The notes under the pieces are model-generated. The model saw nothing but the letters and a program-made list of their open reading frames with translations. It did no database searches and was not told the DNA's origin. From assembly GCF_006345805.1 (NCBI RefSeq), contig NC_042997.1, positions 157,542,001 to 157,606,000 of the forward strand: a stretch of DNA of 64,000 nt, in the 5' to 3' direction. A program made the position numbers and the translations under genes. Position 1 is the stretch's first letter. Every line of letters begins with the position of its first letter. Shown here in pieces: positions 50,309 to 64,000 of this stretch. Origin of the DNA: Octopus sinensis (taxonomy: Eukaryota).

Positions 50309-52782
50309 GTGCTGCTACACATGATGATAATGAAATAAAGCATTATTGGAAGCGAAATTTATTTTTAAAATCTTCTCATTTTTATATTGTTCAATTGATG
50401 TCGCTGATCAATTTTTAGGAATCGGAATTGATAATTTCGAAACTTCTTCAACTATAACTGGCTGTTTGATCAGTCAAGAAACGTCATGTTTTTTTAATGG
50501 TTGTACAGTGTTATGAAAGAGCTGTGTTCATATTTCTAAAGTCGGTGGAATTCTTTTCCTGGTGGTGAAGTTAGAAAAAAAAAAAAGGAAGAAAGGCAGA
50601 AAGAGAGAGCGTAGTGAGAGAATTTTGGGTTGATTTAGTGCAGTTCGTATTTATCTTTGAATTCTTGTAAGTTCATTGTCGTGGGAGGGACGATTTCAGG
50701 TAGACAGCCTCCTGGGGAGGTTGTGTCAGAGAAAGAAAACGACTGGGCACGCTGTTTAGACGGGACGGTAGGGAGTCAGACACAGTGGAAGCGTCGCCAG
50801 ATGGTTTAACCGGTGCAGCGAAATGGAATTGAAATGGAGCACCAGAGTTCATCAACAGCAGCAGCAGTAGCAGCATTAGTAATTGTTATAAGAAAGAGGT
50901 CACTTGTTAACACAATATTTTGTGGGCTTTGGGCTGGAGAAATTACAACTAAGTACATCGGCATCAATGCAGCTGGTCACTATAGCTTCATGTTAAATAA
51001 GTAAAAAGTGCCATCAAAAGTAAACAGAATAAAGTCAAATTTCACTCTATTTAGATACATCACTCTCTCAATTGTGTACTTTTTTTTTCCTGCACCCTTG
51101 GATTTGTAAGGCAGGTTTATTTGGTTCCCATGATGTACAAGTGTACGAAATCACAGCAATTCTCCTTCAACGAGACGCCGGTTGTTGCAGGTTTCAAGGC
51201 CAACAATGTTTTGACGAAATGAAGGAAGTCGATTACATTGAGTCTATTATTTGAATGTTACTTTATATTATCGACCTCTTGGGGATGAAAGAAAAATTTT
51301 ACCTTGGCGTGATTTGATCCCAAAACGTAAAAAGGCCGGAGAAAATGCTGCTAAGCAGTTTATCCGATGTGTTAACGATTCTACTAGCTCCCGCTTTATT
51401 GCATAAAAATTCAACAATTTGTTCTCTTAGCCTAAAAAGTTGATTTATATTCCTCGTGGCCAAGAAGTTCCTTTCTCAATCAAAGTGCGCAACATCATTG
51501 GTATATTTCTCCTACTGTACCCACGAGTTCACCCATTAATAGAAACTGTTGGTTATTTGCGGTATAGATTTAATCCATCATTCGGTTTATCATTCCAATT
51601 TGGTCCTTTAATGCTGTCCCCACTGCTGCCTGCATTTGGATCTTAACGCCAGCTTGGGGATATCTAAATCAACTCCGACCCCTTTCTCGTATTGTTTCGG
51701 ACACTCTGTAAAAACGTCATACGCGCAGCTTTCTTCTCTGGTTATGTCATGAAGAAATACGGAGTTTAGATCTTTTGATATTTATTAGTTAATTCCACTT
51801 GGCAAAACATTTACAATAAAACTTTACTCTTGCTTTTGCTTGTCATATCTCAATAAATCCGACTGTACATCTAAGATACCGTTCTATTATCAAAACAGAG
51901 AGAACATCAAATAACATTTATTGACGTTTGAAAGAAGTCTGTTTGTTTCGCTTCTGAGGTAGTGTCACCAAGGTCACATCCAGTTAGAACAACCAGCTCT
52001 CCAGCGATAAGATTTTTCTCATACCGTTTCCTACGTCTCAATTAAATGATGCTGCCACCCCTCTTTTACACGAATAACCAAACAAAGCTACAAAAAAAAA
52101 AGAAGAGAAAAAGAAATGATAAGAGAACAAATGCATTTGTTCTGGAGAAACCAATATTGATGAAGTCTATAAAATACATGCTCAGTAAACGTTGCTCATT
52201 TAGTATCTTTTATCTGGAAAGTGAAACTAGACCTCATGGATTCACACATCTAACTTGTAATGTCATTGTTTCAGTGGACAGGACACAAAGTACTTAATTA
52301 ACTTGGTGCACATTTTATTTGGAGACTTAAAATCTTAAATGTTCTACCAACTACTAGAAAGATCTATCTCTGTATTCTGAATACTGCGGGTATGTTATGT
52401 AGCTTCCCTTTTTTTGGTTCTGCAGTGAAAGTATGTGAGATCTCTTGCACAACGTCATTCGCGACAACAAGTAGATACTTTCCTAGTTTCACCATGTCAT
52501 GTTAGGCAACTAAACCAGCAATAATTACCAAGCTATTGGGCAACTATACTTGGAAGGGAAGAACAAGAAGTTTTCGAATTTTTTTATTGTCTGTTATGTG
52601 CGGAACCATCGCCTTCGAATTATTTTGACCCAAAACGTTCGTCTGCATCCTAAGTTGTGTATTTTTATACATTATTTTATCATGCAATTAGCGTTCCTGT
52701 CGTGGTCATCCTGTTTCTTTATTTTACATATTGCCAAACACATTCCAGTTATGACAATATGGTCATACACACACATATATAC

Positions 52783-52886
<104 letters not shown>

Positions 52887-53121
52887 ATATACAGATACAC
52901 ACATAGATACATACAAACACACACATATTCTCGATCGGCATTTTTGGGACGATTATGGTCCATGTTAGTGTAAACGTTTTCATTCATGGGTGTTAACTAC
53001 AGCATTGGAGCAGTTTAGCTCTTATTACTAGCAATATAAGCCTTTCCTAACACACTAGTCACATTTAGTGACATATTTAATTCTCCTTTTTGGAGAATTA
53101 AAAATGTCACTAATTTTATAT

Positions 53122-53450
53122 ATAGGCGCAGGGGTGGTTCCGGGTTCAGTCCCACTGCGTGGTACTTTGGATAATTCTCTTCTACTATGGCTTCGGGCCG
53201 ACCAAAGACTTGTGAGTGGATTTGGTAGACGGAAACTGAAAGAAGCCCATTGTATATGAATATATATGTGTATATGTGTATGGGTCCCAACCACCGCTTG
53301 ACAATCGATGCTGGTGTGTTTACGTCCGGTAACTTAGCGGCTCGGCAAAAGAGACTGATAGAATAAGTACTAGGCTTACAAGGAATTTGGTCGACTAAAA
53401 GCGGTGCTCCGGCATGGCCACAGTTAAATGACTGAAATAGGTAAAAGAAT
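53122..53450 (+). mobile_element. SINE family A
   Basis: TAGGCGCAGGGGTGGTTCCGGGTTCAGTCCCACTGCGTGG... plus tail. Confidence 0.85.
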
Positions 53451-53999
53451 ATATGTATGTATATATATATATATGTATACGAGCAAAAGCCCCCCCCCCC
53501 GTCCAATGGACGGTGCTGAGTTGTCAAACATTTACACCAAATTTTCTCAAAACAACTTGTCCGACCGTCCCATAGGCCTCCCCCTTGAGAAACACTGATT
53601 TAACCTAAATTTGAGACACCAGCAAAAGAAGAAATAAAGATAGACTCTTTTTCTATTCCAAAGAAAAACGATTTTATTCACAGAAATATGCAACCGAAGA
53701 GTTTAAAGTACCAGTAATGATAAGGTTGTTGACTGGGAGAACACAAACATGGTAAATCATTTATTAGCAAGAAAATAGTATTTTCTTCCTTGAATAAAAA
53801 GCAATCAGTGTTTTCTTTTCATTAAAAAATAATTAAGCATGCCTTTATCTCAATAAAATTGTTGGTTTTGTTAAACGAAGTTAAGGCAAAAAGAAACCCA
53901 AAAAAACTTCTTGAGAAACCAAATAATCTTTCCATCCGTCATGCCATGTTAAAGAAAATATCTCTTTTGCATCTTACTTTTTTGGTCTCTTAAATATAC

Positions 54000-54300
54000 T
54001 GCATTTTGTGACATTATTTCAAGCCAACCGGCTTTTTTGCGCAAACTGCACGCGCATTTTCCTCGCGTACGCGTAGTATCGATCGCAACAGCTGATGTAC
54101 TTGCGCGTACAAACGCACGTTCCCACGGCTTTACCGATCGCATTCTAACCTGGAATCGATTTTTAAAGACTTATGCACGCCCTGATACCGTCGTTATCTA
54201 CATATCAAATTTGAGCGCAATCGGATGGAGGATGCACGAGATCAGAAGGCACACACACAGACAGACAGAACGGATTTTATATAATGTATATATATATATA
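54000..54300 (+). mobile_element. Possible Helentron-associated (HINE/DINE-1-like) element end
   Basis: CATATCAAATTTGAGCGCAATCGG...GAGATC...(CA)n ACAGACAGAACGGATTTTATATA resembles HINE 3' architecture; no second copy to confirm. Confidence 0.3.
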
Positions 54301-54309
54301 TATATACTC

Positions 54310-54730
54310 CTTTTACTCTTTCACTTGTTTCAGGATTTGACTGCGGCCACGTCGGAGCACGGCCTATTAGTGAAATAAATTGACCTTAGGATTTATTTCT
54401 TTGTAAACCTAGTACTTATTCTATCGACCTCTTTTGCCGAACCGTTATGTTACGGGGACGTAAATAAACACATCAACATCGGTTGTCCAGCGATGGTAGG
54501 GGGACAAACACAGACACATACACACACGCACACACACACATACACATACACACACGCACACAAATACATACGTCAGGCTTCTTTCAGTTTCCGTCTACCA
54601 AATCCACTCAGAAGGCTTTAGTCGGCCCGAAGCTATAGTTGAAGACACTTGCCCAAGGTTCCGTGCAGTGGACCGGAACCCGGAACCATGTGGTTGGGAA
54701 GCACGCTTCTTACCACATAGCCACTCGTGT
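54310..54730 (-). mobile_element. SINE family A, complete
   Basis: Reverse complement of head, (TG)n linker and tail. Confidence 0.85.
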
Positions 54731-56195
54731 GCCTATGTATGTATATGTATGTGTGTGTGTGTGTGTGTTTGTGTGTGTGTGGGTGTATTTATACTGTCGC
54801 TTATGTCTATTTTTTAAGTGGTTGTGTAATTTGAGAAAGATTTAACTGCTATATCCAGCAGGGCGAACAACCACGTAGAAACTATTCGTTTTGATTAAGC
54901 TGTTGTTAATTATCCTTATGCCAGCGATGACCGATCAGACGTATGATCAAAAATGTTTCGGTTCTGACCATCCTATCTTCTTTTATTCTTTCTTATCGTC
55001 AGACATAACTTATTTGGGATCATATTGTTGAATATGTTCAGCTTCAGAAGAGTAGGATGTATTTTGAGGAGGATTTAGCCGACCATTCCTGGCCGGCTGA
55101 GCGACCACACAGGTGTCTCCTTGTATTAGAGTACTTAGAGATAGATTTGATTGTCAATTCTAGGTGGACCAGGTTTCTTGAGAGAATTCATAATTTGCCT
55201 GTAATACATCGAAGGTCCAACGATGTTGATCAACGGTCATGTTACCGTAGAATAATTACAATGCACACGATACATGGTAAGCATATTTTCTCTTAGTGAG
55301 CAATCAAATAGCGCTCAACGTATACTATCAATCGATTTCTCTGTCAGAATACTTTCATGTAAACCAGTCTGTCAATTTATTCCATCACACTTATATCTTC
55401 TCTGGAAAATTGATATTTCTGGACAAATACACGATATATATATATATGTGTGTGTGTATGTGAATGATAAATGACTCAGTATTCAGCGCTCTAGCTATAT
55501 ATCGAGATTACGTTGGACATAAAGATTATTTTGGGGTCATCTCAGTATTGTCTTAGAATTTAATTTACCGTGTGCAAACGAGCTTTGGGTATAATTGTTG
55601 CCGTCACTTGCATTGTTGCTGCTGATGCTTTACAGTTGAAAGCCAATTCAACAAACCTATGATCAAAGGTATTCCAATCTTGAATATGTGGATTTTGTTT
55701 TTAATACACAGTGTATCTAAGGTCGCATTATAATTTTGTTTTAGGAATATACGGGGAGAGTTGAGATAATTAAATTCGAATTCTATTTCTAGTAGGAAAG
55801 ATGATCATGAAGAGGCTCCTATACTGGCTCTTTTTATTATGATATTGTTTAACCTTAGCTTATCTCTCATCAAGCATACTTATAATCAAAAGTGTTTCAA
55901 CATTGGCCGTCCAATGTTTTACGAGTGCTACGAAATCCTTTTTCAAAGGCCTAGTCTTTAGATTGAGGTAGTGTGACTTTGAGGGATATCTAGCTAATAT
56001 TTTCAGCACTGCGAAAGAGGCTCTGTTGTCATTATATTTGTTGTTTTATTAATTTCATGTTGTTACATTGCTCAAGATCAACACTGATCGGCTATACTTA
56101 TGATCAAATGCATTCTAACCATGACCATCCCGTCAGTGTTACTGTTTTCGATTGTGTTATTCTTGTTCATATTCTTCTTATGCAGTATATTACTG

Positions 56196-56611
56196 CAGGG
56201 CTGGATTAAGACCCTTTTAACGGACCCTGAGCACTTAAAAGATTTTGGTGCCCCGATATATATGCAATTCAAAATATAAACAATAATAAACCATAAAATA
56301 ATTTTTTTTTTCAAAATGAAGCAAAGTTAACAGTAAGATGGAAGATAATGTTTATTTTTGTATACTTCCACTTTATTTATATTCGAAAATTTTTCTCCTA
56401 CATTTTTAATTGCAAAGTCTTTGATCCGATCCTCACTATATGACACCATAAACATTATTTTGAAATTATGTTTCCGATCATATCGAATATTATTTTAGTA
56501 TGTTGAAAATTATTTCTCTTCTGCCGGAAAATATTTATCATTTCTGCAGTGCTCTCCTTCGCTTGATACCCTAAGCACGTGCTTATTTGCTTAATGGGTA
56601 TTTCAGTGCTG
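56196..56611. mobile_element. hAT-type MITE
   Basis: Left end CAGGGCTGGATTAAG; right end ...CCTAAGCAC...GCTTAATGGGTATTTCAGTGCTG, a degenerate inverted counterpart; TSD not clear. Confidence 0.4.
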
Positions 56612-57539
56612 ATTATTATTTATAACAATACTCTGTTATTTTTTACACTTTTGGTTAAGTTGATGAACTGGCAGAAATTTTGGCTCGTCGGGCAAAATGC
56701 TTAGCGGCATTTCGTCCGTTTTTACGTTCTGAGTTCAAACTATAACGATGTCATCTTTGCCATTCATCATCTCAAGATCGATACCATAAGTACCAGTTAA
56801 GCAATGGGATCGATACAAACGACAAATCCCCTTCCCCAAAGTTTCGAGCCTTGTTCCTATAATTGAAAGAATTATAATATACACCTTTGGTAAAGTAGTC
56901 TAGCTTTTATTATCGTAGTTATCTCCTCCTAGTACTATTTCCGTTTACATTCGTAATAATTTTGTTTGCTTTGTGAGCAAACGGCGAATTAAGTACAAAT
57001 AATCTCATCTAGACTGAAGATATTCTCAGAAAAAAAATAATAAGAGAGAAGCGTAATAAATATATAAAAGAAAATGTTACTTTTACTTACCGGACAAGTT
57101 ACAAGTCCACCACAAAAACAACAAAAATTTTGAAATAAATATTTTCCTCCAACGTTTGCAGAAAACTGCTCGGTACGTCTGACTAATTCTAGCCGCCATT
57201 GCGACGGCGAAATGATTATGAAAAATATCAATAATATCCGGCAAAAAATGAAATAAATAAATAATAAATAAAAATCCCCTACTTAACTAACCCCTATGTA
57301 TTCATAGCTGTTTTGTACTTGCACCCCATCATCTTATCACCCTATGTCAAACTCCTTACACCCCCATCTCCTTTCCTACATTTCTGTACATCAATGTTTT
57401 GTTTTCTCGCACGACACTTGTTTCTTTATTTGCCTAACTTTCGCTTAGATTCTGTTCTCTTATTATCGCTGTTAGTCTTGAATATAACTATAACTAACTT
57501 CATCGTCAAGTTCATAATAATGAAACACATAGTCATCAC

Positions 57540-57690
57540 CATAACCACTACCACAAGCATCATCACCGCCATCATCAACATCACCGTTGTCCTCGTCGTC
57601 GCTGTCGTTGTCATTGTCATCATCATCATCATCATCGTCGTCATCATCATCATCATCATCATCATCATTATTATCATCATCATCTTCACC
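57540..57690. repeat. (CAT)n/(CAC)n/(CGT)n trinucleotide array
   Basis: Direct reading. Confidence 0.95.
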
Positions 57691-58055
57691 CTTTCGCCCC
57701 TGCGATAACCACTGCTGTAACAACTGCCATCAACTTTATTATTAAGGGAGCCTTTATGAGATCATCCAACCGACTAGATATAATAACCGAATCTGCCTCG
57801 AATCACAATCTACGGCCTTAAATAATGGATACATTAAACAATGATCAATAAAAAGAAGGTTATAGCCATAGATGGAAGGCCTTTGATCATAGATATCCTC
57901 AATACGGCTGTATAGGGCTAAATATTATCATCGTTATCATTATACGAGCTGGTATAATTGTTACGACGTCGGGCAAATACCTTGCAGTATTAATTCCCTC
58001 ACTTTATGTTCTGGTCCAAATCCCATCGAAGAATCGTTTGCAACAGTAGCAATAA

Positions 58056-58096
<41 letters not shown>

Positions 58097-58438
58097 ATGA
58101 TGGTGGTGGTGGAGGTGTAGGTGGTGATAGGAATAAATGCCTTCAGATAACAAGAAGCAAAACGGAAAATCAAAGATAACTGGAAAACATTAATAGAGTG
58201 GTTGCAACAATAATAGCAGGCCTCAAAAGAAAATCAATGGCGTGTTACTACTTCTGTTTCAGAACACCGCTGGTTGCAGTCCCAAGAATGTTTAGAGCGA
58301 AAGCATAAAAGATTATTTCTTTCTTAATAACACGAGCAGAAACGGTAAATCATGTTTGATAAACCGAGGGTTCTTTCACACGCGTACACAAAAATCCATG
58401 ATATTCGGAAGGGATCGACAAATTGTGATTGTTACATG

Positions 58439-58582
<144 letters not shown>

Positions 58583-59229
58583 TATATAGGAAAAAAGTTG
58601 AAAATGCACTGATAATAGTTAGAATATTTTTTACTATTATATTTAAAGCTTTAACCGGTTTCACAGTTTACCCTGATTTTCAAAATGTTGAAATAGAAAG
58701 TCGTGGCTTACGTCACATTTGTCTTATTTCCGACTAGTGTTTGAAGCTTGCCCTATTTTTGTAGGGAGTTCATGGCTCAAATTAGTATATGTTTTGAATA
58801 GGATTTGATTGGAAGAGGATAGTTACATGACTGGCCTTAGAAATTTTTGTATGTTTTCCGCTACGTCCGTGTTTTAGTATCAACTGACAATGTTTAACGT
58901 CCTAAGTTAAGGCTGAAGCAGGCGACTGAACATGTTTCCTGGCAGTACCTTAACAATCAACGGTCTGAAAATTTTTTGTCAAGTGTTTCTAGAGAATGAA
59001 CACGTTTAGAATCTTATGCACGTTTCCCGCTTCATCCGTGCGTTGGTAACACCTGAAAGTATATTTGTGCCCAAAATGAAGGCCGGCACGGTTGAGTGAA
59101 CATGTTTTGTTACAATCAATGCACTTCAAATTTAATCTGTCTGGTGGGAGAGTGGACAGGAGTCATTTGTATGTAGTCCAGGGGCTAAAGTTTAGGCTAT
59201 TAACTGTGTATGTTCCTCGTGTTATGTGG

Positions 59230-59470
59230 CAGAATAAGTTTTGTGTGTGAATAGTTATTTGTGTAGTTATCTATTAAAGTTTGTTGTCTTGGTTCATACT
59301 TTTTCATGAAAATATGGTCTTTGTTTATCTGTGGTATTCCCTGAACATAGGTAGTGTGGGTAGACCTATTTGTTGTCGGTGAATGGTCAGTCTATTTCTT
59401 AGAGTAAGCTTTGTTTGACCTATGTAATCATTGACATTTGATAGCGTATTTGAATTCCTTGAAGAATATG
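59230..59470 (-). pseudogene. Penelope-type (Neptune-like) GIY-YIG endonuclease relic
   Basis: Minus strand DYIGQTKLTLRNRLTIHRQQI, and later KDHIFMKKYEP (E..FI.K..P.LN-like end). The relic may extend to ~58760. Confidence 0.6.
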
Positions 59471-59734
59471 TAAAGGAATCTTTTGCGGTAAAAAAAGATC
59501 ACTATACATGGTGATTTTAAATATACATGGTGATTTTAAAGCTCAACTCCAGTAAACAGCTAAACACAATAAAATATACTATAATATAATACATAATTTA
59601 ATTATTAAATATTTAATACATATATATTGTTTTCAAATTTTAGAGGAAAGTCAGAAGTTTTTGGGCAGGGGATGGGTGGATTCTGCCAGCTCACCGCATT
59701 ATAATACAACATACATACATACATACATACATAC

Positions 59735-61560
59735 ATTCGACTCTATTCCTCATTCATGGCTGTTGAAGTGCCTACATCTGGCGAAAGTACCTACTACCTT
59801 AATTGGTGGTATAGAGAGACTCACAAAGACATGGACAACAATTTTTAGCCTTACTACTGAGAACAGAATAATTATTTTTGATAGTATAGTCATTTCAAAG
59901 GGAATATTGCAGGGGGATATTCTTTATGTACTTCTTTTCATTTTGACACTGAATTCATTATCGTTCCTACTGCAAATTGTTACATGCTAGGATCTTCAAC
60001 TGCTAGAAATATCAATGTAACTCATAATTTCTTTGTAGACGTCCTGAAGATTTATGCTAAAAGTGTTAACAATGCCAAAAAACAACTGGAATTAATAACA
60101 ACATTTTCAGCTGATATAAGCATGGAGTTTGGCCAAAAGAAATGTTCATATTTGGTTATAGAACGAGGAAAGTCAGTCCCCCAAACCCAAAGCCTGTGCG
60201 TCAACGGTCTCTCTGTCTCTCGTATTCCACACAAAGAATGTTACAAGTACCTAGACATAGATAAAAATATTTCACATGAAGGTATTTTGAATAAAGCTAG
60301 AGTGTCCCGAGAATATTACACCAGATTTAGGAAAATATGGCAGTCGTAACTCTCCTCTTACAACAAAACAATATCCCACAATGCATTTGCAATACTAATG
60401 CTGATCCCAACATTTGGGATACTTAATTAGTCTGTAGAGGAAATTCACTCCAAAGATATCAAAACCCTCAAAATCCTGACAACGACTGGGAACTTCCTCA
60501 GAAACAGTGATGTTGACAGGCTCTACCAAAGAAAAAATGAAGGTGGTAGAGGCCTGGGATCAGCGCAGGCGGCCTTCGAATGCCGTATTGTATCACTCAA
60601 GCAGCACCTGCTAAACAACAGCAACAAAAATAAATATATTAATGCAGTGCTGCAAAGTGAAGTGAGCAACTTTTTACGAGTTGGCAATGAGCTCCTCAAG
60701 AAACGCTCTCTTCCTGATGATCTCCTATACAGCCTCAAAACAGGTGGGCTATTTTATCTCAGAGAAGACCTAGATGGAAAGCACTCAGCATACAAAAAAA
60801 AAAGACTATGCAAGGGAATAGTCCGGAAAAGTATTGCCCGGAAGCTTGAAGAAAACAGTAGAATTGACACGAAGCGCAGCCGCTCTTGGACACAAGACCA
60901 CATCGCATCACACTTTTGCAATCCAGGAATAGAAGATTGCTATAAAGTACCTATAAAGTAAAGTGAACAGTAGAGACAGTGACGCTCTTGTAATCCCAAG
61001 GTACAACCGCATGTGCAGGCTATGTCATGTTTCTGTGGAAGACATCACGCATGTGATTAGCAGCTGTCCTAAAATGTCGTCACGGTACTACCTCCCGATA
61101 TGGAACGACGCTGCTGCTAAAACAATTCACAATGCCATCCGCAAAAAAGACTGTCCTGAAATAAGCTTAGAAAATCCCTGTAATGGAATACATTCATAAA
61201 CATCAATTCAAGAAATACTGGTGGAATATTTTCATCAAAACTTGTATTAAATGTAAACATAATATGCCAGATATTGATCTTCGGGATAGAGGGCAAAGGT
61301 GTGTATCATCACAGAGGTCAGCTGCCCAGCAAATATAAAAATCTGCTTCGATATCCAAACTATGAATTCATATTCATACCAATAATAATTGGAGCACCAA
61401 GTTTTGTTAGTAAATGCTTTAAGGAAAATCAGGATAAACTGGAATTTTCAGAAAGAAAAATCGATCGGCTAATTCTTACATTACAAGTGCAATCTGTGAG
61501 TGGAACAATACAAATATACAAATCTTCTCTCAAGTTACATATGTAAATTTGTCTATGTTA
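59735..61560 (+). mobile_element. 5'-truncated R4/Dong-clade non-LTR retrotransposon (RT + CCHC + restriction-like endonuclease), degenerate
   Basis: FDSIPHSWL, GILQGDIL..LLF, HNFFVDVLKIY (YxDD eroded), MEFGQKKC, YKYL, LYQRKNEGGRGL, CRLCHVSVEDITHVISSC, PDI..RD, IPIIIGA; several stops and frameshifts; starts in (TACA)n. Confidence 0.85.
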
Positions 61561-61580
61561 ACTACATCCCGAAGATGTGC

Positions 61581-62177
61581 ACAGGGCTAAGTAAATTGGT
61601 TTGGCATCTTAAAGACAACAATAAAGATTTTAAGTTAGATTGGTTCATCCTGTCCGTATCCTTTCCTTAACAGTTAGTTTAACTTGCACTTTACTTCAAT
61701 AGAGAAATCTACTTCTAAGCCTTTGAACATTTTTTCAACCAACGTATCCCTCTTTATTAGTTCTCTACTTATTATTTCTTTAACCCTTCTCTTCCTAGTA
61801 TCTGTCTTTGACGTCAAATCTACTAACGTTTTTTTTAAATACTTAACGTTCTGTTTATCATTTAGGCAGTCATCGTAATTGTTATAATGTCTTGTTGTTG
61901 AGATAGGCTCTCTTTCTTTCCTGATGAGAAGATTGCATGTTACACCGTTTATTCCTTTGGAATAAAACCATGTTGTCTTCGAAACTTATGTCGAAAGTAA
62001 AAGAATTTTAATAACATCTTCGTTCAACTTCATTTATTTACTTATACCACACATTAACCCGGAGTTTTTACCTTTGAATAGGTCACTTCATCCGTGTTAT
62101 TTGCGTGAATTTTGTTACCCTGGTAACTGTTTATTGAATTTTCCATGTTAACGGTAAACAAAGGATAATTCATTCAT

Positions 62178-62180
<3 letters not shown>
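61581..62180 (+). mobile_element. Penelope 3' end: GIY-YIG C-terminal fragment + pLTR
   Basis: TGLSKLVWHLKDNNKDFKLDWFIL...TCTL(C)SIEK matches the endonuclease end of the 42-kb element. The terminus GGTAACTGTTTATTGAATTTTCCATGTTAAC..AAACAAAGGATAATTCATTC recurs inverted at ~40410-40475 and ~41485-41550. Confidence 0.7.
61911..62004 (+). ncRNA. Canonical type I hammerhead ribozyme
   Basis: CTTTC (61916-20) CTGATGA (61921-27) GAAGA...TCTTC (stem II, G10.1-C11.1) GAAA (61981-84) CTTATG (minimal stem III) TC (GUC triplet, cleavage after 61992) GAAAG (stem I). All core nucleotides are intact. Confidence 0.85.
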
Positions 62181-62259
<79 letters not shown>

Positions 62260-62826
62260 ATATGTTTGTGTGTCTGTGTTTATATATATATATATAAATG
62301 CAAAAATGCATAAATAAACGGCGTAATGGTACTGTTTAGTTTCAAACCTTTAACGATAAAACTGACTGCTTCCAAATTGGCGGTGCAAGCAAAAAAAATG
62401 TTTTCTTGCGTAGAATTAGGGACAAGAGCAAACAAAACGAAACAAGCAAAACGACACATATTTAGGACGGTGGACGAAGACAAACAGTCGAACACAATAC
62501 AGCCTTAGGGTCAAGGAAACAAAAATAGTGGGTAACGCTTCGAAAATGTCTTGAAGGATGGATAAGAGACAGAATTTGTGACTGGTCCGCTAAGGGACAA
62601 GTCTAAGAAAGGAAGAAAAAGAGGCACTAGCTGATCACATGATAGCAGCAGGCAGATGAAAAAGACAGCAGGGAGAAGGAACAACAGAGAAAAGAAGGGG
62701 AGTGGATGAAGGGGAAGGAGAAAGGCTAGGAATACAAGAGGGAGAGAGAGAAGGAATGAGTAGAAAGGCTAGAATAGAAGTGATAGGGTAGGAGAGAGAG
62801 AGAAAGGGGGAAAGAAAGAAGGCAAA

Positions 62827-62875
<49 letters not shown>

Positions 62876-62939
62876 TATATACATGCATATATATATATAT
62901 ATACATACATATATATATATGTGTGTAAATATATATATG

Positions 62940-63668
<729 letters not shown>

Positions 63669-63689
63669 CAAAAAATAATATATATATAT

Positions 63690-64000
63690 ACCAATAAGTA
63701 GCCGGACTGTTGCTATAGTAACGAAGCTAAAGCACGCAGAGTAAACCCGCTGGACAAAGATTGACCTTGAAATCTGCTGTGCATTAAGTCTTTTACGTTC
63801 ATGCGCATTAAGTTTTTACGTTCTAGCTCACTTCCGCTGTTTACAGCAGTGCTTGGAAGGAAGAATAACGTATGATCGTCGCATTGACCATGACAGAGAA
63901 TGTTGTCATGTCGATACCTGCTCAGAGGCCTATGCAAAGTTGGAGAAGGTGTATGGAGAGGGGTGTGTGAGCCGCACACAAGTGTACGAGTGATTCAGAC
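63690..64000 (+). mobile_element. mariner-family element, 5' part (runs off the window)
   Basis: TIR-like AAGTAGCCGGACT after TA; ATG at 63890; CSEAYAKLEKVYGEGCVSRTQVYE*FR matches the mariner N-terminal HTH (VYG...SR..V.EWF). Confidence 0.8.

Noticed and set aside
50673-50876. ORF with an apparent signal peptide (MLLLLLLLMNS...)
   Set aside because: The poly-Leu comes from a CTG/CTA repeat; only 67 aa with no other support.
51440-51790. Possible Helitron or Penelope coding relic
   Set aside because: Short open frames with no diagnostic motif on either strand.

Overview
AT-rich, microsatellite-saturated animal DNA. The tRNA-derived SINE families, Penelope-like relics and (TA)n/(GATA)n/(AAT)n load are what I associate with octopod cephalopods; this is inferred from repeat content, not from a search. 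No host protein-coding exon could be recognised, and nearly every ORF in the supplied track is a microsatellite translation or a transposon fragment. Supported content: (1) a degenerate 5S rRNA copy; (2) four 5'-truncated L1/Tx1 3' ends sitting in (TCTA)n, whose terminal stem-loop/AATAAA tail resembles the tail of one SINE family; (3) a complete 2.0-kb ORF1-only (HAL1-like) retroposon with a short A-tail and a 16-bp TSD that splits a SINE head; (4) Tc1 and mariner transposase relics, a CR1/L2-type endonuclease relic and an R4/Dong-type RT-RLE relic; (5) a 5'-truncated Penelope-like element (RT + C-terminal GIY-YIG) abutting a 1.9-kb degenerate TTAGGG-like tract that flips to CCCTAA; (6) many Penelope pseudo-LTR remnants, one canonical and several degenerate type I hammerhead ribozymes, and several fold-backs; (7) a duplicated tRNA-Gln(CTG) fused to a Penelope pLTR tail; (8) a 397-bp direct-repeat pair defining a 720-nt monomer. 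Caveat: single-base indels (frameshifts, the T-loop deletion, homopolymer lengths) could be long-read assembly errors.
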